Shown: piece after piece, positions 19,726 to 28,968 of the stretch
Numbering within the stretch: position 1 is the first letter of the stretch
Layout of the letters: each line of letters starts with the position of its first letter
DNA from: Candidatus Altimarinota bacterium
GTDB lineage: Bacteria; Patescibacteriota; Gracilibacteria; UBA4473
DNA length: 64,000 nt
Direction of reading: 5' to 3'
Assembly: GCA_965231215.1 (NCBI GenBank)
Contig: OZ246423.1
Span: 192,001 to 256,000 of the forward strand
Position numbers and translations under genes: made by a program
The notes under the pieces: model-generated
What the model saw: the letters and a program-made list of their open reading frames with translations, nothing else
Databases searched by the model: none
Told to the model about the DNA's origin: nothing

Positions 19726-22700
19726 TTAGATTGTGGTGAGAGCGGCTCTTTCTTTGGCATAAGTTCCATCATTCCAGAGCCCTTGACTTAATTCTTGCAC
19801 TTTTTCATCATACTTGTCAACTACATCTCGAATATCGCTAATAATACAGCTCTTGCCATTCCCAAAAGCCTCAAAAGCAGCGTAGTAAGCGTCTTGGCAT
19901 GGTTTCACCGCTTCTTCAAAGTGACGAGGGTCATTTTCTCTAAACTTTTCTATTTCACTCAAAAACACCCAAGGCGCATCCAGGACGGCTCCCAAACTAT
20001 AATCTCTCAATAATCCTTCATATTCTGATCTCAAGGAAGACGCTAAAACACCCATTGGCTTACCCGTAATCTCTTGGGCTAAAATATTATGGAAAATCCA
20101 ATACCTATGAGCATCATCTATATGCATTCGCCCTAAAACATCCGTCCTCCCTTTACCACCTTCTGGCACAAAGGGCGCTTGGATTTCATTATAACCAGGA
20201 GCATCATAAGCCATCATTCGAGCACCTGTTAAATCATTGTGATCACTAGTGTCAAAAGATTTAGCGTTAAACCTAGCTGTAACATCAGTGGAAAGAAGCA
20301 TCATACTCCCTGTAATACCACAGTCTCGATTTGGGATTCTTACTGAACCACAAAGTTGAATTTCTGGCGAATCTGCAGAAATGAGTCCTTCTTCTTGAAG
20401 CAGTCGAGCAAACAAGGTTATTTCTGCAGAAGTTGGCATTGGAGGAAGGCATAAGGATTCACCAGCATGAATTAGCTTAAATGATGTTTGACTCAACCCA
20501 AGAAAACGTCTTAACCGTCTAAACAAATCTTCAGTAAAAGTTCCATGAAGATGGACCTTTCCAGCAAGAGGCATCATCCCAAAGTATTTTTTTCTTTGCA
20601 TCAGTATGTATTCACGAAATACTGGGAAAAAGTCTTCTAAAAGTTCTACATTTGTTAATGCTGTGCCAATTTCTCCTCTAGAATTTGGGGACATCAATAA
20701 AGGGAGATCACTGCTATTTGGGTGTCTAGCTGCCAGTAAAAATCCTGAAAGCAACGAGGCTCTTGTAGCCATCTCCGCATAACCACCTGGATTTTCTGTG
20801 TCTTTAGCTAATGGTATTTTCATGGCGGCTTGCCACACGTCTCCATACTCTAAAGGCCATCCAAAACTACGGAAAAAATCAGAAAAGCCTTCAACCTTTA
20901 GGTAACGACCCTCAGCCCAAATAGTTTTAAAGCTCATCAAATCAACATTAACATCAGGATCGTTATGTTTAGAGCCAGTATCTGAAAGCTCACGCATAGC
21001 CGTATGCAGTTTAATAATGTTGGTAAGATCTGTATGAAGTAGTTCTATAATCGAAGCTACCGTAAGTTCACTATTTTTATCTAAACTGGATAAGTCTTTT
21101 AAAAGCTTTTCTGTATCAAAAATATCAAGCCTAAAAGCCTTGTCTAAAGTAGAAACATTTAAATCCCCAGAACGGAAAATCTGAGAAAAATTTTTAGGAT
21201 CAAAATCAGTAATTTCCTTAACTTCACTTAAAACTCTAGCGATAATTAACCCTGATATGTTATCCGTAATAGCTCCTGATTTTAGCAAAATATCAACGAC
21301 CCGAATAAGCCCTATCGAAAACATTGTTTTAGCTAAATTTTGGTTTTGGCTTTGCTCTTGTAAATCAAAGAGTTGGGCATTAACCCTAGATACAATTTTT
21401 CTAATAGGGTGATCACTATACCCTTCATAGAAATAATGATCTTCTGAAGTCTTAGCAGTATCCAGATCAATCATCAATGGATCACCTTTTTGATTTCTAT
21501 CAGCAACATATCGCCCCCAAACCTCTGTCCAAAAACAAGCATGAGGTATCAAATCCAGGTCTATGGCTGATAGTTGCCATATATCTCTAAAGAATCTAGA
21601 AGCCTCTAAAACTATAGCTTCATCCGTTAATTTCTTCTTGGTCTTTTCATATTCTTCACCCGAAAATCCTTCTAACATCCAAGAAAGCCAATCTTCTACC
21701 TGTTCCCAAGTAAGCAGCCCATCAGCAAAAAAACCAAGTAAATTATGCATAACCATTGACCGATTAAGATAACTCTCTGTATTTTGACGATGTACATCTC
21801 TTCTTTCTTCACTGCCTGGGGTCTCAAATAGCCATTCATAGCTAATAGCCGGATTTTGAATATTCAGAAAAATATGAAGATATCGTATAAAACCATCAGG
21901 TGGGTTTAGCGGATCTTCAAAGAACCCAGCACAACAACTAAAATAAAAGCTCGCAACATTAGCATAACTAGAACGAAACCTCTGCATACTTTCACACTCT
22001 CGATAGAATTTCTCATAAAAATCAACAAAAGCCAAGCGTGGATTTTCAAGGCTTGCAGGAACAGATGAATCTAAAACCTCCTCTGGATCTGAAAGTCTTA
22101 AATGAGTTAGTGAAGGTAGTGCTAATCGATCAGAAATATCTTGAACTCTCCCATCTCTAGTTTGTATGCTAGCAGGCCTCCTTTCTTTACGGCTTTTAGC
22201 TAAATAATGAGGCACGTGTTCAGCGATCATTGCATCATCCACCGAACTAAACAAAATAGTGTCTGCATCAATTTTTCCAGACAAAGCTATGAGATTTTGC
22301 TGTCCTGGTAATTCGACTATAGTCTTTTTATCTTCAAGTAAACCTAACATTTCATTGTTTGGTTTATTCCTATCAATAAGCCCAAAAAACTTCTCTAAAT
22401 ATTCAACCTTTTCATCCTGAGTTTCTTTTACTATTTCAGTAGCTTGAACAATAAGCTTTTTAGCTCTGTCTGGATTCCCTACACCAAATTTAGCCACCAC
22501 TCGACTTACAAAATCAACAGCCAAGCTCTCATCCCCTCCTAGTGCTGTACATAGACCCATACCTACCTCAGCATAAACTTTAGCCGTATCCTCATAAGCA
22601 AAATGACTTTTCTCGGCAATAGATGTTAAAGTCTCAAGAGGAAGGCCTAAATCTGCCTGAACTAAATCACAACGATGTTTAAACCACCAAGGAGCCTCCC

Positions 22701-24006
22701 CCTCTGAATAAACGCGGCTCATTAACTTTATTGTAGTCCTAATGGCTTTCTCGATATTTCCTACTTCTTTTTTAACTAGAAATATCTGCTCTACAAAATC
22801 CAGAATATTCAGACCATTGCTCAAAGCTACGTTGAAGTCTTCAACAAAATTATAAAACCACAAAGCGTTATCTCTAAAAGCTTTTTGGAAAACAGGCCGC
22901 AATGAAGAACGAGTAAACAAATACAGCAACTCAGCAGTACACAAATCACCTAATTGAGACTGAACTTTCTCACACCAACTTTCGTTTCTAGTGTTTAAGT
23001 CAACCCTTACTGGTTGGGCTAATTGGGCTGGACTCAAATTTCCAACACGCTTTGCCATCTCCGTGTAGGCGTATTCCAATTGCCGAAAATCAAAATCATC
23101 TGCCCATAACTGCCAGCAAACACCTAGAGATGATTTAATTCTAGAGTTAGCCCATTCTAGGGGGCTATCAAATGCTTCATTCTGATCTAAAGCTTCTTCT
23201 ACCGCTTTAAAAAATTGAGGCAAGGCAAAACTGATTTGATGCTGGCCATCTTTACAACGCCCTTGTTCAAAATACAACCCCATACAAAGACGATCTTGTG
23301 GAATAAAAATTGGGTTTTTAAGAGAAAAATTAAGTACAAGATGATCCTTATTATTAGCAATAGATCCTTCCCTTGTCCCTATGACTGAACCAGGTTGATT
23401 TATATAGTCATCAAAATTTGTATCTAAGTCTGTTGGATGTAAAAACCCATTAGCCCGGACTCTATTTCTAGAGTCTAGCTTTGAAGCTCCAGGCTGCCTT
23501 CGAGCTACCCCCAGAATCATAAAAAGTGGAATATTATCCCCAAACCTACGAAGCATCCCCTCAATTTCGCTATTAACCCTTTGCCTTGCATGATCTCCAA
23601 CGAAAAAACGTTCTCTAAACATTCTCGCTTTAAGATGAGTACGCTCTGTCTCAAAATCAAATTGTTTACCGGTAGGTTCTCTTGTGAAACTTTCCTCCAA
23701 ACGCAGACTAAAAGAATCCGGTAACCCAGACCATGGAGCCTGAGTACTCATTAGAGAAGGGTCGGTTAAGTTCAACCTAAGACTTCTATATGTAGGAAAC
23801 TCTAAGTCATCTTTAAAAAAATCTAAAGATTCTGCAAAAACACGCTCACAGTCTTTTTCGAACTGGGCTTGCTGCGCATCTATTTTCTCTTCAAGTTCTT
23901 TCCATTTTATATCGTCCGAACAATCATACTCTTCTTCATCGGGATCAATAAATCCAACTAAATCCAAATCTTCAAATTCCGGAGAGATTCTATCCAACCT
24001 GCTCAT
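19726..24006 (-). CDS. large hypothetical protein (1426 aa)
   Basis: Long uninterrupted ORF; upstream TTGACT..TATATA promoter-like sequence; no family recognised. Confidence 0.85.
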   Translation of the reverse strand: MSRLDRISPEFEDLDLVGFIDPDEEEYDCSDDIKWKELEEKIDAQQAQFEKDCERVFAESLDFFKDDLEFPTYRSLRLNLTDPSLMSTQAPWSGLPDSFSLRLEESFTREPTGKQFDFETERTHLKARMFRERFFVGDHARQRVNSEIEGMLRRFGDNIPLFMILGVARRQPGASKLDSRNRVRANGFLHPTDLDTNFDDYINQPGSVIGTREGSIANNKDHLVLNFSLKNPIFIPQDRLCMGLYFEQGRCKDGQHQISFALPQFFKAVEEALDQNEAFDSPLEWANSRIKSSLGVCWQLWADDFDFRQLEYAYTEMAKRVGNLSPAQLAQPVRVDLNTRNESWCEKVQSQLGDLCTAELLYLFTRSSLRPVFQKAFRDNALWFYNFVEDFNVALSNGLNILDFVEQIFLVKKEVGNIEKAIRTTIKLMSRVYSEGEAPWWFKHRCDLVQADLGLPLETLTSIAEKSHFAYEDTAKVYAEVGMGLCTALGGDESLAVDFVSRVVAKFGVGNPDRAKKLIVQATEIVKETQDEKVEYLEKFFGLIDRNKPNNEMLGLLEDKKTIVELPGQQNLIALSGKIDADTILFSSVDDAMIAEHVPHYLAKSRKERRPASIQTRDGRVQDISDRLALPSLTHLRLSDPEEVLDSSVPASLENPRLAFVDFYEKFYRECESMQRFRSSYANVASFYFSCCAGFFEDPLNPPDGFIRYLHIFLNIQNPAISYEWLFETPGSEERRDVHRQNTESYLNRSMVMHNLLGFFADGLLTWEQVEDWLSWMLEGFSGEEYEKTKKKLTDEAIVLEASRFFRDIWQLSAIDLDLIPHACFWTEVWGRYVADRNQKGDPLMIDLDTAKTSEDHYFYEGYSDHPIRKIVSRVNAQLFDLQEQSQNQNLAKTMFSIGLIRVVDILLKSGAITDNISGLIIARVLSEVKEITDFDPKNFSQIFRSGDLNVSTLDKAFRLDIFDTEKLLKDLSSLDKNSELTVASIIELLHTDLTNIIKLHTAMRELSDTGSKHNDPDVNVDLMSFKTIWAEGRYLKVEGFSDFFRSFGWPLEYGDVWQAAMKIPLAKDTENPGGYAEMATRASLLSGFLLAARHPNSSDLPLLMSPNSRGEIGTALTNVELLEDFFPVFREYILMQRKKYFGMMPLAGKVHLHGTFTEDLFRRLRRFLGLSQTSFKLIHAGESLCLPPMPTSAEITLFARLLQEEGLISADSPEIQLCGSVRIPNRDCGITGSMMLLSTDVTARFNAKSFDTSDHNDLTGARMMAYDAPGYNEIQAPFVPEGGKGRTDVLGRMHIDDAHRYWIFHNILAQEITGKPMGVLASSLRSEYEGLLRDYSLGAVLDAPWVFLSEIEKFRENDPRHFEEAVKPCQDAYYAAFEAFGNGKSCIISDIRDVVDKYDEKVQELSQGLWNDGTYAKERAALTTI

Positions 24007-24109
24007 TGCTATTTATATAAACTTTTTTTAAAAAAAGTCAATATTGGATATCACAAATTTTCTGTACAAAAAATTTGACCAACTTCGAACAAAAATTATA
24101 TTCAAGGGT

Positions 24110-25238
24110 GATGTTAAAAAAATTTCCTCTCCTAGGAGCCAAAAAAAACAAAAAAAAAATGAGAGTCATCTTCTACAACGAGGTAAAAAAAACATCTTCC
24201 TACTCACTAAAACCCACTAATACCGTTAAAAATGCTTCACGCGTTTGGGGGCGTTTTTGCCTGCTTATTGGTATTTCTTCTATTGCTTTCTTCGTAAATA
24301 CTGAAGCATTTTATGACGTAGGTGAAACCGATCCACACCTTTCAACTTTCAATCATCTTCGAGATGTAGGCATTATGAAAGGTTCAGCTGATGGCAATTT
24401 CTACCCAGAAAAATTAATGACCCGAGCCGAAGCCCTCACCGTAGCGCTCAGATCAGGAGGGATTTCTATTCCCCAGTATTCAGGGGAAATACATTTTAAT
24501 GATGTAGATCCAAATGCCTGGTATGCGTCTACTGTAGCCAGAGCCGTAGAAACCAACGTTATCCGACCTGGATACACCAATTTTAGACCCGAGCAAGCGG
24601 TATCCAAAGCTGAGTTTTTAACTTTTCTTTTCCGGGCAACACTGACCGACCTCAAACCACATTACTCATCTCGGAATGTAGCCAGCGACATCCCAAATGA
24701 CAGTTGGATGGTTCCTTACTTTGATTATGCCAAAAGATATCAAATCGCTCATCTCCCAGCCGATGACCTTTATAGGCCTGCCAAAGCTCTCTCCAAAAGA
24801 GAAGTGGCACTCATGACTTACCGTCAACTCAAACTCTTCCACGGAAATGATGAAACAAAATTACTAGTAGAACTCAATGCCGCGATAAATCAGTTTCTGG
24901 AACTCATCCGAAATGGAAAAAACGAAGAAGCCGAATTCCAAGTACACCGACTCCTCCAACTCAATGAAAAAATTGCCCGAACCCGAAACAGTAGTGACGC
25001 CGTAGCGGCACTAGCGATCTCCAGGTCTATGGAACACCTCAGTGAAAGTTTTCGATATTTTCGATACGGCAACAACCTCCGAGGCATTGAGAACCTACAT
25101 CTAGCCCTCAAACAAGCCAGGCGAGCCCAAGAAAAATCTGTTGCCATGGAAGGTTTTGCCCAAGAACTTGCTAACATCATTAGTGAAAGTCTCATCACCT
25201 ACACTCAACCAAGTTTAGGCAGATACAGTCAGAATTAA
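24110..25238 (+). CDS. S-layer homology (SLH) domain protein (start uncertain)
   Basis: FYDV..GIMKG..DGNFYPEK.MTRAEA; FNDVDPNAWY..FRPEQAVSKAEF; SDIPNDSW..YRPAKALSKRE. Confidence 0.88.
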
Positions 25239-25260
25239 ATCTATAAAAAACTCCCCTTTC

Positions 25261-25428
25261 TCCCTTTTAAGAAATTTTTCTAAAAATATCAATGAACCAT
25301 TCGTTAAAAAAGCCATGCATTGTTGAGCGACAGCAAGTTTGGATTTTTTAGAATGTGAGTTATTTATTTTTTAAAATTTTTTCATGGGATGACCTTTTTG
25401 GTTCGTTTTTGGCCACGCAAAAATGAAC
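25261..25428 (+). repeat. dispersed ~170-bp structured repeat, family A copy 1
   Basis: Homologous to 50866-51035 and 55828-55996: long hairpin with TGCATTGTTGAGCGACAGC apex, then TTTTTGGTTCGTTTTTGGCCACGCAAAAATGAAC. Confidence 0.85.
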
Positions 25429-25437
25429 ATACAGAAT

Positions 25438-25465
25438 TTGACAAAACACAAATCCTAATTAAACT
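25438..25465 (+). promoter_or_regulatory. sigma70-type promoter of the leader-proB unit
   Basis: TTGACA (25438-43), 16-nt spacer, TAAACT (25460-65), 10 nt before the leader ATG. Confidence 0.6.
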
Positions 25466-25475
25466 GAAAATACAA

Positions 25476-25523
25476 ATGAAAAATTTGATTGTTGTTCCCG
25501 CTCCACGCCCTCCGCAAAACTAG
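25476..25523 (+). CDS. Pro-rich attenuator leader peptide MKNLIVVPAPRPPQN
   Basis: 15-codon ORF with 4 Pro in codons 8-13 (CCC, CCA, CCT, CCG), lying between the promoter and a terminator in front of glutamate 5-kinase. Confidence 0.8.
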   Translation: MKNLIVVPAPRPPQN

Positions 25524-25597
25524 CGAGTGGTATTTTGGTACAACAATAAAATTTTCAAAACCTTCACTCGCTCAAACCCGATAGCGAGTATTTTTTT
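25521..25597 (+). promoter_or_regulatory. attenuator: antiterminator/terminator switch
   Basis: AGCGAGTG (25522-29, overlapping the leader stop) can pair with CACTCGCT (25565-72); alternatively ACTCGCT pairs with AGCGAGT (25583-89), followed by ATTTTTTT. Confidence 0.8.
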
Positions 25598-25611
25598 ATG
25601 CAGGAAATTAA

Positions 25612-26415
25612 ATGCTAAACAAAATTATTATCCCAAAGTACGGAACTAACACCCTCACTACAGAAACTATAGATGGGGGAAAAGCTATTGATCATAATAA
25701 CATGGCAGAACATGGAAAACTCATTAATGCTCTTACTGATCCATCTTTAATTGTCAGTTCAGGAGCCGTTGGATACGGAAAAGCTCTAGCTGATTTTAGC
25801 TGGATTGAAGATCCTGTTCTTAGAAAAAGAATCCAAGCTATGAAAGGAAATCCTCATTTAGCTATCGCCTGGGATAAATTTATTAAAGATAAAGAAGTCT
25901 TACAAGGTCTCGCAACTCATAGAGCTTTTGCTAACGGAACTAAGCAGGAAGTAAGTAGAGTGCTTAAAGCTATTTACAGTGATCCTCTGAAATGTGTAGC
26001 GGTACTAAACGATAATGATTTCCTTTCTGATGAAGAATTGAAAAATTTAAGAGGCGGAGATTTTGGAGATAATGATAAAGAAGCCATACTCGCCGCAGAA
26101 GTATGTCTAGACTTTGCTGAAAGAGTAGAAGTCATCATTCAGACTTCAACCAACGGAGTACTAGATAGTACAGGGAGAACAATAGATCAACTTAAAGTGA
26201 GTGACCTTAGTGACGAAGTTATAAGAGAGCTCTGTGGAGAAACCACTAGCGAAGATGGAACTGGTGGAATGGCCGGAAAACTAACCCATGGAAGAGAACT
26301 CATGAAACAGTTTGGAGATCGTGTAAGTCTCGTAATTATTAATGGAAAAAACCCACAACAATTCAAAAACTTACTAGCCGGTAAATCTGTAGGAACTCAA
26401 CTTTTAGCCGCTTAA
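25612..26415 (+). CDS. proB: glutamate 5-kinase (PUA-less, divergent)
   Basis: KYGTNTLT, VSSGAVGYG, LNDND (NEND-like), FGDND, GTGGMAGKL, IINGKNP..VGT. Confidence 0.82.
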   Translation: MLNKIIIPKYGTNTLTTETIDGGKAIDHNNMAEHGKLINALTDPSLIVSSGAVGYGKALADFSWIEDPVLRKRIQAMKGNPHLAIAWDKFIKDKEVLQGLATHRAFANGTKQEVSRVLKAIYSDPLKCVAVLNDNDFLSDEELKNLRGGDFGDNDKEAILAAEVCLDFAERVEVIIQTSTNGVLDSTGRTIDQLKVSDLSDEVIRELCGETTSEDGTGGMAGKLTHGRELMKQFGDRVSLVIINGKNPQQFKNLLAGKSVGTQLLAA

Positions 26416-26452
26416 AAAATAAAAATTTTATAACCTTTAACCTAAACCTATC

Positions 26453-27148
26453 ATGGAAATTTTAGTTCTCATACTGACCATCGCGGCTATTGATTTTTTA
26501 TCCATTCTGACACCTGGACAAGACTTTGCGATAGTTACCCGCAACACCTTAAAATACTCCAAAACTATTGGTATTTATACCGTTTTTGGAATTGGGTTTA
26601 TTACGCTTTGCCACTGCTTACTCGCGATGACCGGACTCAGTATCATCATTACCAAAAATCCAAACCTCATGGCCGGGATCAAAACTATTGGAGCTCTCTA
26701 CCTTATCTATCTAGGCACTAATTTTTTCAAAAATGCAAAAAACTTAGATATAGGATCTGAGTCCGGACTTCTCATAAAAAATGATTCACCTGAAAACTCA
26801 AAAAAACAATCCCCGAACCCAAAAGTCCGGACTCAAGATTCTATATCCCCTAAAAAAGCATTCCAAACCGGCGCTATTGCTAACCTCTTTAACATAGAAC
26901 CTATAATGGCCTTTGTAAGTATTTTTGCCATCATACTACCACCAGAAACTCAGACTTCTACAAAGCTCATTATTTGTGTGCTCCTGCCGTTAAACACTAT
27001 CTTATGGTTGTGTTTTATAACCCATATTTTCAGTGTGAAAAAAGTGCAGTACTTCCTGGCTCATCGAATGAAGGAATGCGAGCAAATCATTGGGATTATT
27101 CTCATTTTTTTCGGTTCAAAAACTTTAATAGAGCACAAAAACAACTAA
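26453..27148 (+). CDS. LysE/RhtB family amino-acid exporter with in-frame palindromic insert
   Basis: LTPGQDFAIV, GALYLIYLG, AFQTGAIANLFN, IIGIILIFFG. Confidence 0.88.
   Translation: MEILVLILTIAAIDFLSILTPGQDFAIVTRNTLKYSKTIGIYTVFGIGFITLCHCLLAMTGLSIIITKNPNLMAGIKTIGALYLIYLGTNFFKNAKNLDIGSESGLLIKNDSPENSKKQSPNPKVRTQDSISPKKAFQTGAIANLFNIEPIMAFVSIFAIILPPETQTSTKLIICVLLPLNTILWLCFITHIFSVKKVQYFLAHRMKECEQIIGIILIFFGSKTLIEHKNN
26747..26847. repeat. inverted repeat in frame within the LysE-family gene
   Basis: GATATAGGATCTGAGTCCGGACTT ... AAGTCCGGACTCAAGATTCTATATC. Confidence 0.75.
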
Positions 27149-27158
27149 ACTTTCCTCG

Positions 27159-28832
27159 ATGCAAAAAATCGTTCAAGACTACTTAGCAAAAAACTGGAAT
27201 CCAGACTACGCTACAAAGCTCAACTTTGCTCCAGTACCCAAAGGACAGTCCGGGGATCTAGCGATGAACTTTTTTGCCCTTACCAAAGAACTCAGCAAAT
27301 CCCCTATTGAAATTGGAAATGAAGTATCTGAAGTTTTAAACGGATGTGACATTTTAGAAAAAACTGAAATGGCAGGGCCTTATTTAAATTTATACTTCAA
27401 ACCTGAAAAGTTCTTTGAAACCGCGCTCCAAACCCCACTCAAAACTGAGTTACTTAAAAACCAAACCGTTGTAGTTGAATACTCTTCCCCCAACACCAAC
27501 AAACCACTTCATCTGGGACACATGAGAAATCATGCCTTAGGGATTTCAGTTTCTAATCTACTTGAAGCTGTTGGAGCTAAGGTCGTTCGAGCCGCCATTA
27601 TTAATGATCGCGGAATTCACATTTGCAAATCTATGCTCGCCTACCAAAAGTTTGGTAACGATGAAACCCCAGAATCTACCGGCAAAAAACCAGATGAATT
27701 TGTAGGGCATTATTACGTAATGTTTGAAACCGAAAACAAAAAAGATGAATCACTCCTTAAAGAAGCTCAAGAAATGTTACGCGCCTGGGAAGATGGAGAC
27801 CCAGAAATTCGAAAGCTTTGGGAACAAATGAACGAGTGGACTTACCAAGGACATCAAAAAACCTATGACAGGCAGGGCGTTACTTTTGACAAAAAATACT
27901 ATGAATCTGACACCTACCAAATGGGAAGAGAATTTGCTCTCAAAGGGTTAGAAGAGGGAATCTTTTATAAAAAAGACGGAGCGGTCTGGATTGACCTATC
28001 AGATCAAGGGTTAGATGAGAAAATTATTATTCGTTCAGATGGAACCACCGTCTATGTAACCCAAGATCTCGCCACTACTTTTTTGAGAGCTAAAGATTTC
28101 AACTTCGATCAACATATCTGGGTAGTTGCCGATGAACAGAATTATCATTTTCAGGTACTTATTGCCTGTTTAGATAAACTTAAATTATGTGAGAAAGAAA
28201 AATTATTTCACCTGGGATATGGACTAGTACACCTGCCTGACGGACGAATGAAATCTCGAGAAGGAACCGTAGTCGATGCGGACAACCTCATGGATCAGCT
28301 GAAAGAAATGGCTACTACCAAGGTAGAAGAAAACAATAATGATTTCACAGCCGATGAAACTGAAGCTATTGCCGAAGCCGTACAAAACGCCGCTTGGAAA
28401 TTTTATTTACTGAAAACGTCTCCTAATAAAACCATTACTTTTGAAGCCGAAAAATCTATTGATTTTCAAGGCGCCACAGGGCCTTATCTTCAATATGCCG
28501 GAGTCAGAATAAAATCTATTTTACGTAAAGCCAGTAACTTCGATGTTAAAAATATCGCCGCCCTTGGCGAGGCAGAAAAACCATTAGGGGTAAAAATACT
28601 GGAATGGCCAGAGGTGCTAAACCGCGCCGCGGAAAACAAAAACCCAACCTATATGGTAACCTACTTACTAGAATTGGCACAGATCTGGTCTAGTTTTTAC
28701 GCCGAAAATTCAGTGCTGAATGCCGAAGCCCCTGATACAAAAAATGCCAGATTGGTACTGGCCCAAAAAGTGTTAGAAGTGCTCGAAACTGGGCTCAATA
28801 TCTTAGGCATTGAGGTGCCAGAAAAAATGTAA
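27159..28832 (+). CDS. argS: arginyl-tRNA synthetase
   Basis: VEYSSPNTNKPLHLGH, RSDGT..YVTQDL, MKSREGTVV, GATGPYLQYA, LGIEVPEKM. Confidence 0.97.
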   Translation: MQKIVQDYLAKNWNPDYATKLNFAPVPKGQSGDLAMNFFALTKELSKSPIEIGNEVSEVLNGCDILEKTEMAGPYLNLYFKPEKFFETALQTPLKTELLKNQTVVVEYSSPNTNKPLHLGHMRNHALGISVSNLLEAVGAKVVRAAIINDRGIHICKSMLAYQKFGNDETPESTGKKPDEFVGHYYVMFETENKKDESLLKEAQEMLRAWEDGDPEIRKLWEQMNEWTYQGHQKTYDRQGVTFDKKYYESDTYQMGREFALKGLEEGIFYKKDGAVWIDLSDQGLDEKIIIRSDGTTVYVTQDLATTFLRAKDFNFDQHIWVVADEQNYHFQVLIACLDKLKLCEKEKLFHLGYGLVHLPDGRMKSREGTVVDADNLMDQLKEMATTKVEENNNDFTADETEAIAEAVQNAAWKFYLLKTSPNKTITFEAEKSIDFQGATGPYLQYAGVRIKSILRKASNFDVKNIAALGEAEKPLGVKILEWPEVLNRAAENKNPTYMVTYLLELAQIWSSFYAENSVLNAEAPDTKNARLVLAQKVLEVLETGLNILGIEVPEKM

Positions 28833-28968
28833 GTCAGACGTCAGTGAAGTTAAACTAGTGGACTCATCAAAACCCCCTCCAATAAGCGCTCAAAACTTAG
28901 CCCAAAGATCGCATACTATAAGCCCTAATCTGAAACTCAAATAAGTTCAGAAGGATATTAAGAGTTTA

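Noticed and set aside
28833-28968. ncRNA between argS and the ATP-grasp gene
   Set aside because: Only short stems and no recognisable tmRNA, SRP, RNase P or 6S motifs.
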